Origin: Gemmatimonadota bacterium
GTDB taxonomy: Bacteria > 4572-55 > J002
Direction: 5' to 3'
Assembly: GCA_003697105.1 (NCBI GenBank)
Contig: RFFQ01000090.1
Location: 1-46,920, forward strand
Length of the DNA stretch: 46,920 nucleotides
Below are positions 1 to 9,539 of this stretch, one piece after another. Under the pieces are notes generated by a model that was not told where the DNA came from, made no database searches, and saw nothing but the letters and a program-made list of their open reading frames with translations. The number at the start of each line of letters is the position of its first letter. Positions within the stretch are counted from its first letter, which is position 1. A program made the position numbers and the translations under genes.

Positions 1-93
1 AGTAAATCCAATCTCTTCCTGAGCATTACTATTTGACCATGCGGTTAATGCACAACATATAATTACCAGTAATAAAGTATCTTTTTTTATCAT
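1..93 (-). CDS. 5' end of a secreted protein (runs off the window edge)
   Basis: ATG at 93; translates MIKKDTLLLVIICCALTAWSNSNAQEEIGFT with no stop up to position 1; basic N-terminus, hydrophobic core and SNA-Q cleavage-like site. Confidence 0.6.
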   Translation of the reverse strand, partial: MIKKDTLLLVIICCALTAWSNSNAQEEIGFT

Positions 94-242
94 ACAACTC
101 TTTCTCATAAAAGTGAACGATTGGATAACAGATTATTAGACTACAACTTAACCCCGTATTATGCTAGTTTTTGACGCACATAGGCATCACCTCGCTTTGA
201 ATGCAACCATGAACTGGCGCTGAAAAAATATAACGGCATGAG

Positions 243-1262
243 TTACTCCGGTTGTATCGGGTTGGATTTACGGCGGTCTCCGATCAGCAGTTCTGCCATG
301 AGAATCAGTAATGCCACTCCCAGTACGTATTGAAATCGTTCTTCATAATCGATAAAAAAGCGGCTTTCGTATTCACTTTTTTCGATCTGGGAGATGTCTT
401 CAAAGATAGCGTCCAGTTCACTACCGCCAATGGTTGCCCGGTAATATTTACCACCGGTGATTGTGGCGATTTCCCGTAAGGTGGCTTCATCCAGCCGGGA
501 GAGTACCACATTTCCTTGCCGATCTTTTTTGAAGCCCACCCGCCGTCCATTGACAAAATTGGGAATCGGTTCGCCGCTAATACTCCCAATACCGATAGTA
601 TAGATGCGGATTCCTTCCTTTTTAGCGGCTTTCGCGGCTTCAATGGGTTTGCTATTGTCATCTTCACCGTCCGTGAGAAGAATCAGCACGCGATTTTTAC
701 TGCTACGCGCCACAAAGCTTTTGGTGGCTAGTCGAATCGCTTCACCAATGGCGGTGCCGGGTTGGGGAATCGCATCGGGTGTAATTTGGGTATCCAGAAA
801 CATCCGTGCCGCGCTGTAATCAGAGGTCAGCGGACATTGGACAAAACCCGTACCGGCAAACGCCACTAATCCCACCCGGTCTCCTGATAGCCGGTTAATG
901 AGGTCGGAAACAGCCAGTTTGGCGGCAATCAAGCGATTGGGTTTGAAATCTTCTGCTAACATGCTGGTTGAGGTATCAATGGCGATCAAAATATCAATGC
1001 CTTCTTGTTTCGCCAGTTCTAAGCTTGTTCCGATTTGCGGACGGGCAACGGCGATAATCAGCAAAAACAGAGCGAAAATCAGCAAAAAGGCTTTCCATTT
1101 TTGCTTACCAACATCGACGGTGCGGGTCAGTTTGCGTAACAGTTCAATGTTCCCGAAGCGGGAGAGAATTTTATGTTTGTTCCGAAATTCAACCCAGTAA
1201 AAGAGGGTGATTACCGGAATTAGAAACAACAAATAGAGATACGTGGGTGCACCAAATTGCAT
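243..1262 (-). CDS. batB: VWA-domain membrane protein, BatB type (aerotolerance Bat family)
   Basis: N-terminal BatA-like TM segment ending ARPQ; MIDAS motif DTSTSM; LLTDGED; BatB-like 'GNVVLSRLDEATLREIA'; C-terminal 'YEERFQY' plus TM. Confidence 0.8.
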   Translation of the reverse strand: MQFGAPTYLYLLFLIPVITLFYWVEFRNKHKILSRFGNIELLRKLTRTVDVGKQKWKAFLLIFALFLLIIAVARPQIGTSLELAKQEGIDILIAIDTSTSMLAEDFKPNRLIAAKLAVSDLINRLSGDRVGLVAFAGTGFVQCPLTSDYSAARMFLDTQITPDAIPQPGTAIGEAIRLATKSFVARSSKNRVLILLTDGEDDNSKPIEAAKAAKKEGIRIYTIGIGSISGEPIPNFVNGRRVGFKKDRQGNVVLSRLDEATLREIATITGGKYYRATIGGSELDAIFEDISQIEKSEYESRFFIDYEERFQYVLGVALLILMAELLIGDRRKSNPIQPE

Positions 1263-1277
1263 AGAAGAATGTCCTTT

Positions 1278-2606
1278 TTACCGGAGTAAAACCATTGAAA
1301 TTGACGTTGATAGATACCGAATTTTGAGTTCACAGAGGTAAACCCCACTGGCTACAGGCTGGTGATGCTGATCCGTGCCATCCCACACTAACGTATAGCT
1401 ACCAGCAGGTTGCAAGGCGTATTCCCACTGCCGGATGCGTTGACCCTGCACATTATAAATGCAGATCGTCACGGGCACATCCCCCCGCAGGTCATAGGAA
1501 ATGGTGGTCTGAGCATTAAATGGGTTGGGATAGTTGGGATGTAGAGTGAAATTATGGGGAGTAGCAAGATCGTAATTGGGTTTGGGTACGAGATTTTCTG
1601 GCATTAGAACATATACATAATCGTCACCTCGGTTTCGCTCCACGATAATCACATAAGGGTCGTGAACATAAACGCAAGACGTAAATCCCGGAAATGGTAT
1701 ATTTTTTTCAGGGTCGGATGGATCGGTGCGATAACTTAAATTCGGGGGATCATAACTACCCGCTAGATGAGGTTGCTTCGGATCCGAGATATTGACAATT
1801 TGTAAACCATTGTAACCATCTGCCACGTAAGCTAGAGTATCGCTGACATATACATGATTGGCTGTTCCCGGAGTATCATAATGACCGCGCTCTTGCGGGC
1901 TTTCTGGATTCGTAATGTTAAAGATTCGTAAACCCAGAGTATCATTCGCTACGTAAGCATAGTCACCCTGAATTTCCACATCCCGAACACGTGCTTCTAA
2001 ATCCAGTAAAGCTGCCTGATACGGGTTATGCACATCAGCTACATTCCAAATATCCACGCCTCGATAATAATTTGCAAAGTAGATATAATTGGTTGAGGTA
2101 AAACTGAATTGCTCCGCAGAATTCTGATAATCCTCGAAAATGAGACGTGGTTGTTGCATATCATGGATGTCAAAAATATCGAAACCACCGGGGCTGCCTC
2201 CCACCGAATATAAGTAACCATCTTTCACAAATAATTCTCTTCCGCCACCTTCATTTCCTGACGCAATTTGTTCTGGATGATTAAAATCCCGAAGATCGAT
2301 AATCGAAAAACCTATATGCCAATTTGTAATATAAACATAAGGGTACTGAATGCTGATGCCATCAACACCAGCGCCTTCACGCATGTTAATATGTCCAATC
2401 TCTGTTAAAAAGTGGTCGGAATTGCCTAGGTTGAATATTCTAACGCCTCGGTAGCCCGCGACAAATAGATAGTCAGCATAGACGCACACATCCTCAATCC
2501 AACGAAGCCCCAATCGCCCTACCTTTTTCAATGTTACATCGGCATGAAGTTGAGAAGATGCAACAACCAATATCAAAAAGAAAATCATCATTCGGTTTTT
2601 CATCAT
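1278..2606 (-). CDS. Secreted LVIVD-repeat (beta-propeller) protein with C-terminal FlgD-Ig/T9SS-type-A-like domain
   Basis: Signal peptide; repeats YAYVANDTLGLRIFNITNPESP and LAYVADGYNGLQIVNISDPKQP; C-terminal NYPNPFN...WDGTD...SGVY. Confidence 0.8.
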   Translation of the reverse strand: MMKNRMMIFFLILVVASSQLHADVTLKKVGRLGLRWIEDVCVYADYLFVAGYRGVRIFNLGNSDHFLTEIGHINMREGAGVDGISIQYPYVYITNWHIGFSIIDLRDFNHPEQIASGNEGGGRELFVKDGYLYSVGGSPGGFDIFDIHDMQQPRLIFEDYQNSAEQFSFTSTNYIYFANYYRGVDIWNVADVHNPYQAALLDLEARVRDVEIQGDYAYVANDTLGLRIFNITNPESPQERGHYDTPGTANHVYVSDTLAYVADGYNGLQIVNISDPKQPHLAGSYDPPNLSYRTDPSDPEKNIPFPGFTSCVYVHDPYVIIVERNRGDDYVYVLMPENLVPKPNYDLATPHNFTLHPNYPNPFNAQTTISYDLRGDVPVTICIYNVQGQRIRQWEYALQPAGSYTLVWDGTDQHHQPVASGVYLCELKIRYLSTSISMVLLR

Positions 2607-2613
2607 TTGTCAC

Positions 2614-3198
2614 CTATCGGGCTAAAAATTCATGCATCAAATGCATCAGGCGCACCAAGGGTAGACCGACCACGTTGAAATAATCGCCTTCAATCCGCTC
2701 TACCAAAAGTGCCCCGTATTCTTGGATGCCGTACGCCCCGGCTTTATCCATGGGTTCTCCCGTATCAACGTATGCCTCAATTTCCGCTGGGGTCAATTCC
2801 CTAAATTTGACGGCGGTTTTTTCGTAACCGGTGGTTTGTCTTCCTGTTTTCGCATCCACGAGTGCCACGCCGGTATAAACGTGGTGATAGTTACCGCTCA
2901 ACCGGCGTAATAGTTCCATGGCATGGTTGCGGTCTTCCGGCTTATTCAGGATGTCACCCTCATGATAGACGATGGTATCCGCGCCGATGACCACGCCCTC
3001 AGCGTGCCGCTTGGCTACATGGAGCGCCTTGCGCCGGGCAAGTTCCATCACGTTTTGATCGGGTTGTTCGGGTACATTGTGGGTCTCGTCCACCTCACTG
3101 GGGTCAACGGTAAACTCCCACTTGATCTGTTTGAGCAAAAACTGCCGGCGCGGCGATGCGGACGCCAGAATAATTTGAGGATGGGGTTGGTGGATCAT
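2614..3198 (-). CDS. maf: Maf family nucleoside triphosphate pyrophosphatase (YhdE type)
   Basis: [34 protein letters not shown] motifs. Confidence 0.95.
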   Translation of the reverse strand: MIHQPHPQIILASASPRRQFLLKQIKWEFTVDPSEVDETHNVPEQPDQNVMELARRKALHVAKRHAEGVVIGADTIVYHEGDILNKPEDRNHAMELLRRLSGNYHHVYTGVALVDAKTGRQTTGYEKTAVKFRELTPAEIEAYVDTGEPMDKAGAYGIQEYGALLVERIEGDYFNVVGLPLVRLMHLMHEFLAR

Positions 3199-3638
3199 GA
3201 TTCCCGCTCCAACATAAATGTGACGGGACCATCATTGATGAGTTCCACCGCCATTTTTGCTTGAAACTGTCCAGTTTGGACGTGTAAATCACTCTGTCGT
3301 AGTTTTTCCACAAAGTATTCAAACAATGAATTTGCCTGTTCTGGGGGGGCGGCTTTGGTGAAACTGGGACGCCTGCCTTTTTTGCAATCGCCGTAAAGGG
3401 TGAATTGGGAGACAGCTAAAATGCCACCGCCAATCTCTTTTACGGAAAGGTTCATCTTGCCAGCGTCATCCTCAAAAATACGAAGATTGAGGCACTTTTC
3501 GGCAAGAAAATCGGCTTCTGGGGTGTTATCTCCATGTCCGACGCCCACCAATAGGAGCAACCCTTGCCCGATCTCACCAACAATGGTATCTTCGACTCGC
3601 ACCCGAGCTTCCCGGACGCGCTGTAATAAAATTCGCAT
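3195..3638 (-). CDS. dtd: D-aminoacyl-tRNA deacylase
   Basis: Start set at MRILLQRV (ATG 3638); SQFTL, GRRPSF and NDGPVT motifs; stop overlaps the maf start (ATGA). Confidence 0.95.
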   Translation of the reverse strand: MRILLQRVREARVRVEDTIVGEIGQGLLLLVGVGHGDNTPEADFLAEKCLNLRIFEDDAGKMNLSVKEIGGGILAVSQFTLYGDCKKGRRPSFTKAAPPEQANSLFEYFVEKLRQSDLHVQTGQFQAKMAVELINDGPVTFMLERES

Positions 3639-3665
3639 CGCATTTCTCCCATTTAAGTTGCCCCG

Positions 3666-3694
3666 ATCATAGTGGAAAAGCAAGGCAGTGTCAA
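3666..3694 (-). promoter_or_regulatory. Sigma70-type promoter for the dtd-maf operon
   Basis: TTGACA (3694-3689), 17 bp spacer, TATGAT (3671-3666). Confidence 0.7.
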
Positions 3695-3729
3695 GGTTTT
3701 TGATGATCGAACTTGGGCGGTTTCTTCTG

Positions 3730-3758
3730 TTGACAAATTCTATCCGGCAGATTAAACT
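3730..3758 (+). promoter_or_regulatory. Sigma70-type promoter for the 5'-nucleotidase (divergent from dtd)
   Basis: TTGACA (3730-3735), 17 bp spacer, TAAACT (3753-3758). Confidence 0.65.
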
Positions 3759-3792
3759 TTAGCTGTACCCCCCATCCAGAAAGGATTTGGTA

Positions 3793-4701
3793 ATGGCTGT
3801 TGATCTGAGTAATTCCCTTGTAATCGGCATTTCCTCACGCGCGCTTTTTGCACTGGAAAATGAAAATAAGATTTTTGAAGAGCAGGGTCTGGAAGCCTAC
3901 CGCCAGTACCAACGGGAACATGAAGACCAGATTTTGGAACCGGGCACGGCATTTCCGCTGATCAAAGCCTTATTGGAACTGAACAAGCTAGACCCCAACC
4001 GGCGAGTGGTGGATGTCATTGTCACGTCCCGTAACAGCCCAGATTTAGGATTGCGTATCTTTAATTCCATCGAACATTATCAGCTCGATATTATTCGCGC
4101 CGCCTTTACCGGTGGAGCATCACTGGCGCCATATTTAGCGGCATTTAATCTCGATCTGTATCTTTCCAAATCGGAAAAAGATGTGCAGGCGGCAATCAAT
4201 GCCGGATATGCGGCGGCATTATTGTATGATCCGCCTACCGGATACGATGCGTATCCGGATCAAATTCGGATTGCCTTTGATGCCGATGCGGTCTTGTTTT
4301 CAGAAGAATCAGAACGGGTGTATCAGGAACAAGGGTTAGAGGCATTTGTCGCTCATGAACGCGAAAGAGCCAAGCAACCCCTGCCGGCGGGTCCGTTTGC
4401 GAAATTGCTAAAAGTCCTTTCCCTGTTACAATTTGATTTAGATGCCGATCATCCCCCTGTGCGCATTGCGATTGTCACCGCACGGGGAAGTCCGGCTCAT
4501 GAACGGGTTATTCGTACCTTGCGGGAGTGGGATGTGCGAGTGGATGAAGCCTTTTTTTTAGGCGGTCTGGCAAAAGATAGCATCTTAAAAGCGTTCCGGG
4601 CGCATATCTTTTTTGATGATCAAGATGCCCACCTCTCCCGCACTGCCAAAGTAGTGCCCTCTGCGCGAGTTCCGTATAAACAACAGCTACCTTCCGCATA
4701 A
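3793..4701 (+). CDS. 5'-nucleotidase (cN-I-like family)
   Basis: LVIGISSRALF, RIAFDADAVLFSEESE, VTARGSPAHERV, HIFFDDQ motifs; AAGGA RBS at 3781-3785. Confidence 0.88.
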   Translation: MAVDLSNSLVIGISSRALFALENENKIFEEQGLEAYRQYQREHEDQILEPGTAFPLIKALLELNKLDPNRRVVDVIVTSRNSPDLGLRIFNSIEHYQLDIIRAAFTGGASLAPYLAAFNLDLYLSKSEKDVQAAINAGYAAALLYDPPTGYDAYPDQIRIAFDADAVLFSEESERVYQEQGLEAFVAHERERAKQPLPAGPFAKLLKVLSLLQFDLDADHPPVRIAIVTARGSPAHERVIRTLREWDVRVDEAFFLGGLAKDSILKAFRAHIFFDDQDAHLSRTAKVVPSARVPYKQQLPSA

Positions 4702-4734
4702 CGAACGAACCCTATCCGCGGGCATCTTCAACCT

Positions 4735-4764
4735 GCCGCCTTACCGCTGGTATGGCGGCTTTTT
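4735..4764 (+). terminator. Rho-independent terminator of the nucleotidase gene
   Basis: GCCGCC-TTACCGCTGGTAT-GGCGGC followed by TTTTT. Confidence 0.7.
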
Positions 4765-4771
4765 CCGGATC

Positions 4772-4811
4772 AAAAAAAGCGTGCGACCCGGTATTACGAG
4801 CCGCACGCTTT
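4772..4811 (-). terminator. Rho-independent terminator of the pnt operon
   Basis: GCGTGCG...CGCACGC stem; A7 on the + strand is a U-tract on the minus strand. Confidence 0.7.
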
Positions 4812-4832
4812 ACGGTTTATGGCAACATCGAA

Positions 4833-6290
4833 TTAATCTTTAAATTCTGCCACCAATGCCGAGATACTTTCCTTAGCATCCCCAAACAACATGCGGGTGT
4901 TGGGTTTGAAAAACAGTGGATTCTGGACACCCGCAAAACCGGTGCGCATGGAGCGTTTCAGTACGATGGTTGTCCGTGCCTTGTCCACATCGATAATCGG
5001 CATTCCCCACAGCGGGCTGGTTTCGTCTTCACGCGCTGCCGGATTCACCACATCGTTCGCCCCGATCACCATACAGACGTCGATATTTTCTATTTTCGGA
5101 TTGATGTCATCCATTTCCACCAATTGTTCGTAAGGCACGTTTGCTTCTGCGAGGAGCACGTTCATGTGGCCGGGCATACGACCGGCAACCGGATGGATCG
5201 CATAATAGACTTCTGCTCCATTTTTTTCTAACAGATCGCCTAACTCCCGTACGACGTGCTGGGCTTGTGCCACTGCCAAGCCATAACCGGGCACAAAGGC
5301 GACGGAACTGGCGGCTTCCAACAACAGATAGGTATCTTCCGGGCTAATCGGTTTGACTTCACCCTCTACTTGCTTACCAGCACCTGCCGTTGTGGCACCA
5401 AAACCACTGAATAACACATTTGCCAGAGAGCGATTCATCGCTTTACACATGATGTTGGTCAGAATCAACCCGCTGGCGCCGACCAACGCTCCGGCAACGA
5501 TCAACACATTATTTAAAATCACGAAACCGGCGGCGCACGCCGCTAAACCGGAATAACTGTTCAGCAAAGAGATCACCACGGGCATATCCCCACCGCCGAT
5601 AGAAATCACGGCTAAAATTCCTAAAATCAGGGAGATAATCACAATGGCGATAAAGATGCCGTAGGCGCCGGCAACGGGGTTCATGGCAAACATGACGCCA
5701 CCGACCACCGCCGCAATCAATAGAATCGCATTGACGATATTTTGGCCGGGGAAAACGATGGCTTGCGACGGCATGGTTTCGCTAAGCTTGCCCCACGCGA
5801 TCACACTCCCGGAAAACGTCACCCCACCGATCAACACGGCAATAGCAATCACGCTGGCTTCAAATCCGCCAAGGGGTGCAGCCTGAAAAACTTCCGTATT
5901 GTAAAGGGATCGCTGAAATTCCGCCCAAGCTAATAACAAACTGGCTAAACCACCGGAACCGTTAAACAGACCGACCATTTCCGGCATGGCGGTCATCTTC
6001 ACCGTTTTGGCGGCAATCAGCCCGATCAAGCCACCGATAATCGCCCCTAACGCAATCCATTTATAACCACTAAAAATCAACTCCCCGGTGTGCGCGTTGA
6101 TCAGAATATCTTTATCAAATAAGGTTACGACCACTGCCAGAGCCATCCCCAACGCGGAAATCATATTCCCTTTGCGGGCAGTTGTGGCGGAACTTAACAT
6201 TTTTAGACCAAATACAAATAATAACGCCGCAACAATATAAACTAGGTTGATCGGTAGCTCCAAATTTTGGATAAATTGCACAGAATTCAT
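4833..6290 (-). CDS. pntB: NAD(P) transhydrogenase subunit beta
   Basis: MTAMPEMV, GGGDMPVVISLLNSYSG, AIHPVAGRMPGHMNVLLAEA, GANDVVNP motifs. Confidence 0.96.
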   Translation of the reverse strand: MNSVQFIQNLELPINLVYIVAALLFVFGLKMLSSATTARKGNMISALGMALAVVVTLFDKDILINAHTGELIFSGYKWIALGAIIGGLIGLIAAKTVKMTAMPEMVGLFNGSGGLASLLLAWAEFQRSLYNTEVFQAAPLGGFEASVIAIAVLIGGVTFSGSVIAWGKLSETMPSQAIVFPGQNIVNAILLIAAVVGGVMFAMNPVAGAYGIFIAIVIISLILGILAVISIGGGDMPVVISLLNSYSGLAACAAGFVILNNVLIVAGALVGASGLILTNIMCKAMNRSLANVLFSGFGATTAGAGKQVEGEVKPISPEDTYLLLEAASSVAFVPGYGLAVAQAQHVVRELGDLLEKNGAEVYYAIHPVAGRMPGHMNVLLAEANVPYEQLVEMDDINPKIENIDVCMVIGANDVVNPAAREDETSPLWGMPIIDVDKARTTIVLKRSMRTGFAGVQNPLFFKPNTRMLFGDAKESISALVAEFKD

Positions 6291-6303
6291 CAGTTACCCT
6301 CCT

Positions 6304-6759
6304 CTACGATTCAAGCTGTGGTGGCGTGGATGGTTTTTGTTTCGCTTTGAACATTTCCAGCATCCGGTCTGTGACGAGGTAACCCCCCACCACGTTGATC
6401 ATGGCAAATGCCACGGCAGCGATACCCAGCACCGTAATCATCGGGTCATCACTCACGTGCCCGGCAACAATAACAGCCCCGACAAGGGTAATCCCAGAAA
6501 TTGCGTTTGACCCCGACATAAGGGGGGTGTGCAGTTGTGACGGCACTTTGGAGATCAGCTCAAAGCCAAGAAATATAGATAGCGTGAGTACAAATGCCAG
6601 ATAGATGGGGGTTAGGTTACTACCGGCGGCGTCGCTGGGGTGAACGGCGGCAGAGGTTTCCACAGGTGGAGCTGGGGCTGTGGCGAAGGCTTGAATCGCA
6701 ATGCCCCCGATGAGAGGCACGATAAAAATAAACAGAATAAATGGGATCAGTTTTCTCAT
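6304..6759 (-). CDS. pntAB: NAD(P) transhydrogenase subunit alpha, membrane part (alpha-2)
   Basis: SKVPSQLHTPLMSGSNAISG and INVVGGYLVTDRMLEMFK; extra N-terminal extension. Confidence 0.93.
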   Translation of the reverse strand: MRKLIPFILFIFIVPLIGGIAIQAFATAPAPPVETSAAVHPSDAAGSNLTPIYLAFVLTLSIFLGFELISKVPSQLHTPLMSGSNAISGITLVGAVIVAGHVSDDPMITVLGIAAVAFAMINVVGGYLVTDRMLEMFKAKQKPSTPPQLES

Positions 6760-7910
6760 CAGGATTGACCTCCTTTTGCGTAATGATTTTTTAGCATTTC
6801 ATTTTTGATTTCGCCTTCGTGAGTAATCACACATCCGTCGATGATTTCATCACCAAACTTCAGCTCGAACGCTTTTTGTTCATCGTTCCAAAAGTGTTCG
6901 ATCATGTTGACGAGGTTACTGGAATACATCTGGCTGGCATGGACGGGCACTCGACCCGGTAAATTTGGCAAGCCGATAATCCGCACGCCGTTAGGGGTGA
7001 TAATTTCTTCACCGAGCTTGGTTCCAGCAACGTTACCCCCGGTCTCTGCTGCCATATCGACGATCACACTGCCTGGTTTCATGCCATCGATCATCTCCTG
7101 GGTGATGATGAGCGGCGCTTTGCGCCCAAACACTTGGGCGGTCGTGATCACCACATCCGCACTGGCGCATATTTTTGCCATACCTTCACGTTGCTTCTGA
7201 AGTTGTTCTGGAGTGAGTGCTTTAGCGTAACCGTCCTTCGTCTGACCGGTTTCACCAAGATCGATTTCCACAAATTTTGCCCCCAAGGATTGCACTTCGG
7301 TTTTGACCACCGGACGGGTATCAAAGGCTTCTACTCGGGCACCCAGACGTTTAGCGGTGGCAATGGCTTGCAAACCGGCAACACCGGCACCGACAATAAA
7401 CACTTTGGATGGCGCAATCGTGCCGGCGGGAGTCATCATCATCGGGAAAATCTTTGCCAATCGTTCGGCGGCTAAAAGTACAGCCACATATCCGCCCAAG
7501 CTCGCTTGCGAACTGAGCGCATCCATCTTTTGGGCAATGGTTGTGCGGGGGATCATCTCCATACTAATACAACTGATGTGATGTTTTGCCATCGTTTCAA
7601 CCAAGTCTTGCTCAAAAAACGGATCCATGTAACTGATATGAATACAGCCCTTTTTCATCAAGCTGATTTCGTCTTTCGGGGGCTTCCGTAACCGGAGCAC
7701 CATATCCGCTTCGGCTAACATCTTTTTGCGATCCTCAACAATTTTGACCCCAACTTGGGTATATTGGTCATCCGAGAAATGAATCCCAGCACCCAGCCCG
7801 CGTTCAATGTAAACTTCTGCCCCCTTTTTGACCAACTTACCGGCATTTTGCGGGATCATCGGGATGCGTGATTCCTCCGGATGGGTTTCCTTCGGGATAA
7901 AAATCTTCAC
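6759..7910 (-). CDS. pntAA: NAD(P) transhydrogenase subunit alpha, NAD-binding part (alpha-1)
   Basis: GTG start with AGGAGGT RBS; AQKMDALSSQASLGGY, GAGVAGLQAIATA, DMAAETGGN. Confidence 0.95.
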   Translation of the reverse strand: MKIFIPKETHPEESRIPMIPQNAGKLVKKGAEVYIERGLGAGIHFSDDQYTQVGVKIVEDRKKMLAEADMVLRLRKPPKDEISLMKKGCIHISYMDPFFEQDLVETMAKHHISCISMEMIPRTTIAQKMDALSSQASLGGYVAVLLAAERLAKIFPMMMTPAGTIAPSKVFIVGAGVAGLQAIATAKRLGARVEAFDTRPVVKTEVQSLGAKFVEIDLGETGQTKDGYAKALTPEQLQKQREGMAKICASADVVITTAQVFGRKAPLIITQEMIDGMKPGSVIVDMAAETGGNVAGTKLGEEIITPNGVRIIGLPNLPGRVPVHASQMYSSNLVNMIEHFWNDEQKAFELKFGDEIIDGCVITHEGEIKNEMLKNHYAKGGQS

Positions 7911-8058
7911 AGCCGCTACCTCCTTGCTAAAAGTGAATAAAAATAATGGCTTAAATTTAGGTTGGACTTGTGAAAAGAAAAACCGGCTTAAAACGCCTCA
8001 AACGATGAGATAAATTAAAAAAGGCAGACCTCCCTAAACAGGTGTCCACCTCCGTATA

Positions 8059-8133
8059 TTATTTTTCATTTAAAATAGAAAAAATGATAGCAATGATGAC
8101 CCCAATGATGATAATCCCCAAGATGCCAATCAT
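8059..8133 (-). CDS. Putative 24-aa single-pass membrane micro-protein
   Basis: MIGILGIIIIGVIIAIIFSILNEK*; ATG overlaps the upstream gene's TGA (ATGA at 8133-8130); not in the ORF track. Confidence 0.45.
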   Translation of the reverse strand: MIGILGIIIIGVIIAIIFSILNEK

Positions 8134-8483
8134 TTGTTATCCTCGGCTATCATTTCATCCCAAGCTTGCCACGCGCGTCGCACGTGCGGAATGGTGATCG
8201 AACCCCCCACCACTACGCCAACGGTGAGTGCTTCTTCCAATTCTTCACTGCTGATACCACATTCATAGCATTGAATCAGATGGTATAAAATGCAATCATC
8301 ACAGCGGAGAACCAGCGATGCTACCAACCCGAGCAATTCTTTAGTTTTTTTGGGTAGAACGCCATCTTCATAAGTGTGATGATCGATGTTGTAAAAGCGT
8401 TTGATGTTTTTGCCGGCATATTTCATCACGATGTCATTGAGATGTGCCCGGCTCGCGGTAAATTCGTCCACTCGTTTGGACAT
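8130..8483 (-). CDS. Carboxymuconolactone decarboxylase / AhpD-like protein
   Basis: GVLPKKTKELLGLVASLVLRCDDCILYH (CxxC...H). Confidence 0.85.
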   Translation of the reverse strand: MSKRVDEFTASRAHLNDIVMKYAGKNIKRFYNIDHHTYEDGVLPKKTKELLGLVASLVLRCDDCILYHLIQCYECGISSEELEEALTVGVVVGGSITIPHVRRAWQAWDEMIAEDNK

Positions 8484-8576
8484 GATACATTCCCGATTGA
8501 ATCAGATAAATCGACGTTAAACTCCTTTGTATTTAATGAATTAGCGATTTTTCGTCAAGACCTATTTTCACCTTTT

Positions 8577-8608
8577 AAAAATAAAAACGGGGCACACGAA
8601 TGCGCCCC
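8577..8608 (-). terminator. Terminator after the tpx-tpx-rhodanese operon
   Basis: Minus strand GGGGCGCA-TTCG-TGTGCCCC followed by GTTTTTATTTT. Confidence 0.7.
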
Positions 8609-8638
8609 ATTAATTTCATCCGTTGGATGTTGTCGATC

Positions 8639-9490
8639 TTACAATTGAGCCAATTCACCACCGACAGTTGTCCAACCGGCAATGCCTTCTTTATAAATAA
8701 CAACGTTGGTGTATCCCATTTTGTTGAGATGTGCCGCCAACTTTTCGCTGGCGGGACAAGCGGCACTGCCACAGTAGGTTACTACCAGTTGGTCTTTGTC
8801 TGGTAGTACCTTTTGGATTTCTGCCATTGTGGATTTGTCGGTGAGTTCCTTAGCCCCCGGAATATGACCGGCTTTTTTGCAATCCTCTGCGGTATCACAA
8901 CCGCGGGCATCCAAAATTGCCATCGTCGTGTTGGCATTGTGCATTGCCATAAATGCCGTGGTGTTGATAACCGGTAATTCGTTGGAGTGGTCTTCATCGA
9001 ACCAACCGGCAATCCCTTCTTCGTACACTACCACGTTTTTATAGCCCAGTTTGTTTAGATGTGCCATTAACTTCTTGCTTGCCGGGCACTTAACGCTAGA
9101 GCAATAGGCAACGACCAACTCATCCTTGGAGGAAATAACGTTTGCCACCTCTTCGGCAGAGGCGCCCGCTGTTAGGGTTTGGGCATTGCCAATCCGGCGA
9201 CCATCATCATATTTTGCTGAGCGGGCATCGATGAGGGTCATGTCCACATTTGTTGCCATCATCAGTTTCAATGCGGCGGTATTGATCTGTGGAATACCAA
9301 TCTTGACATTTTCAACCTTTGCAGACGAACTGCTACATGCAGACTTTGTCGCACTACACGCACTTGCCGTTTTTTTGGCGCCACTGCACGCCGATGCTTT
9401 GGTACCACAACTGGGTCCGGCTAAAACCAACGCGGGAACCGCGGTTAAAGTGAAAATCGCCAGACCGGCAATTAAGTTTTTAAAACGCAC
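8639..9490 (-). CDS. Exported double-domain rhodanese-like protein with Cys-rich N-terminal linker
   Basis: GTG at 9490 behind GGAGGT; signal peptide ending VLA; two rhodanese folds with YCSSVKCPAS and YCGSAACPAS loops and YxEGIAGW tails. Confidence 0.82.
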   Translation of the reverse strand: MRFKNLIAGLAIFTLTAVPALVLAGPSCGTKASACSGAKKTASACSATKSACSSSSAKVENVKIGIPQINTAALKLMMATNVDMTLIDARSAKYDDGRRIGNAQTLTAGASAEEVANVISSKDELVVAYCSSVKCPASKKLMAHLNKLGYKNVVVYEEGIAGWFDEDHSNELPVINTTAFMAMHNANTTMAILDARGCDTAEDCKKAGHIPGAKELTDKSTMAEIQKVLPDKDQLVVTYCGSAACPASEKLAAHLNKMGYTNVVIYKEGIAGWTTVGGELAQL

Positions 9491-9539
9491 GGAAATACCT
9501 CCATTGAGAGTGGGTGAGAAAAACAAAAAGTTCTTTGAG

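Noticed and set aside
7920-8040. Rex operator upstream of the pnt operon
   Set aside because: Only one half-site (TTGTGAA near 7968), with no matching TTCACAA arm.
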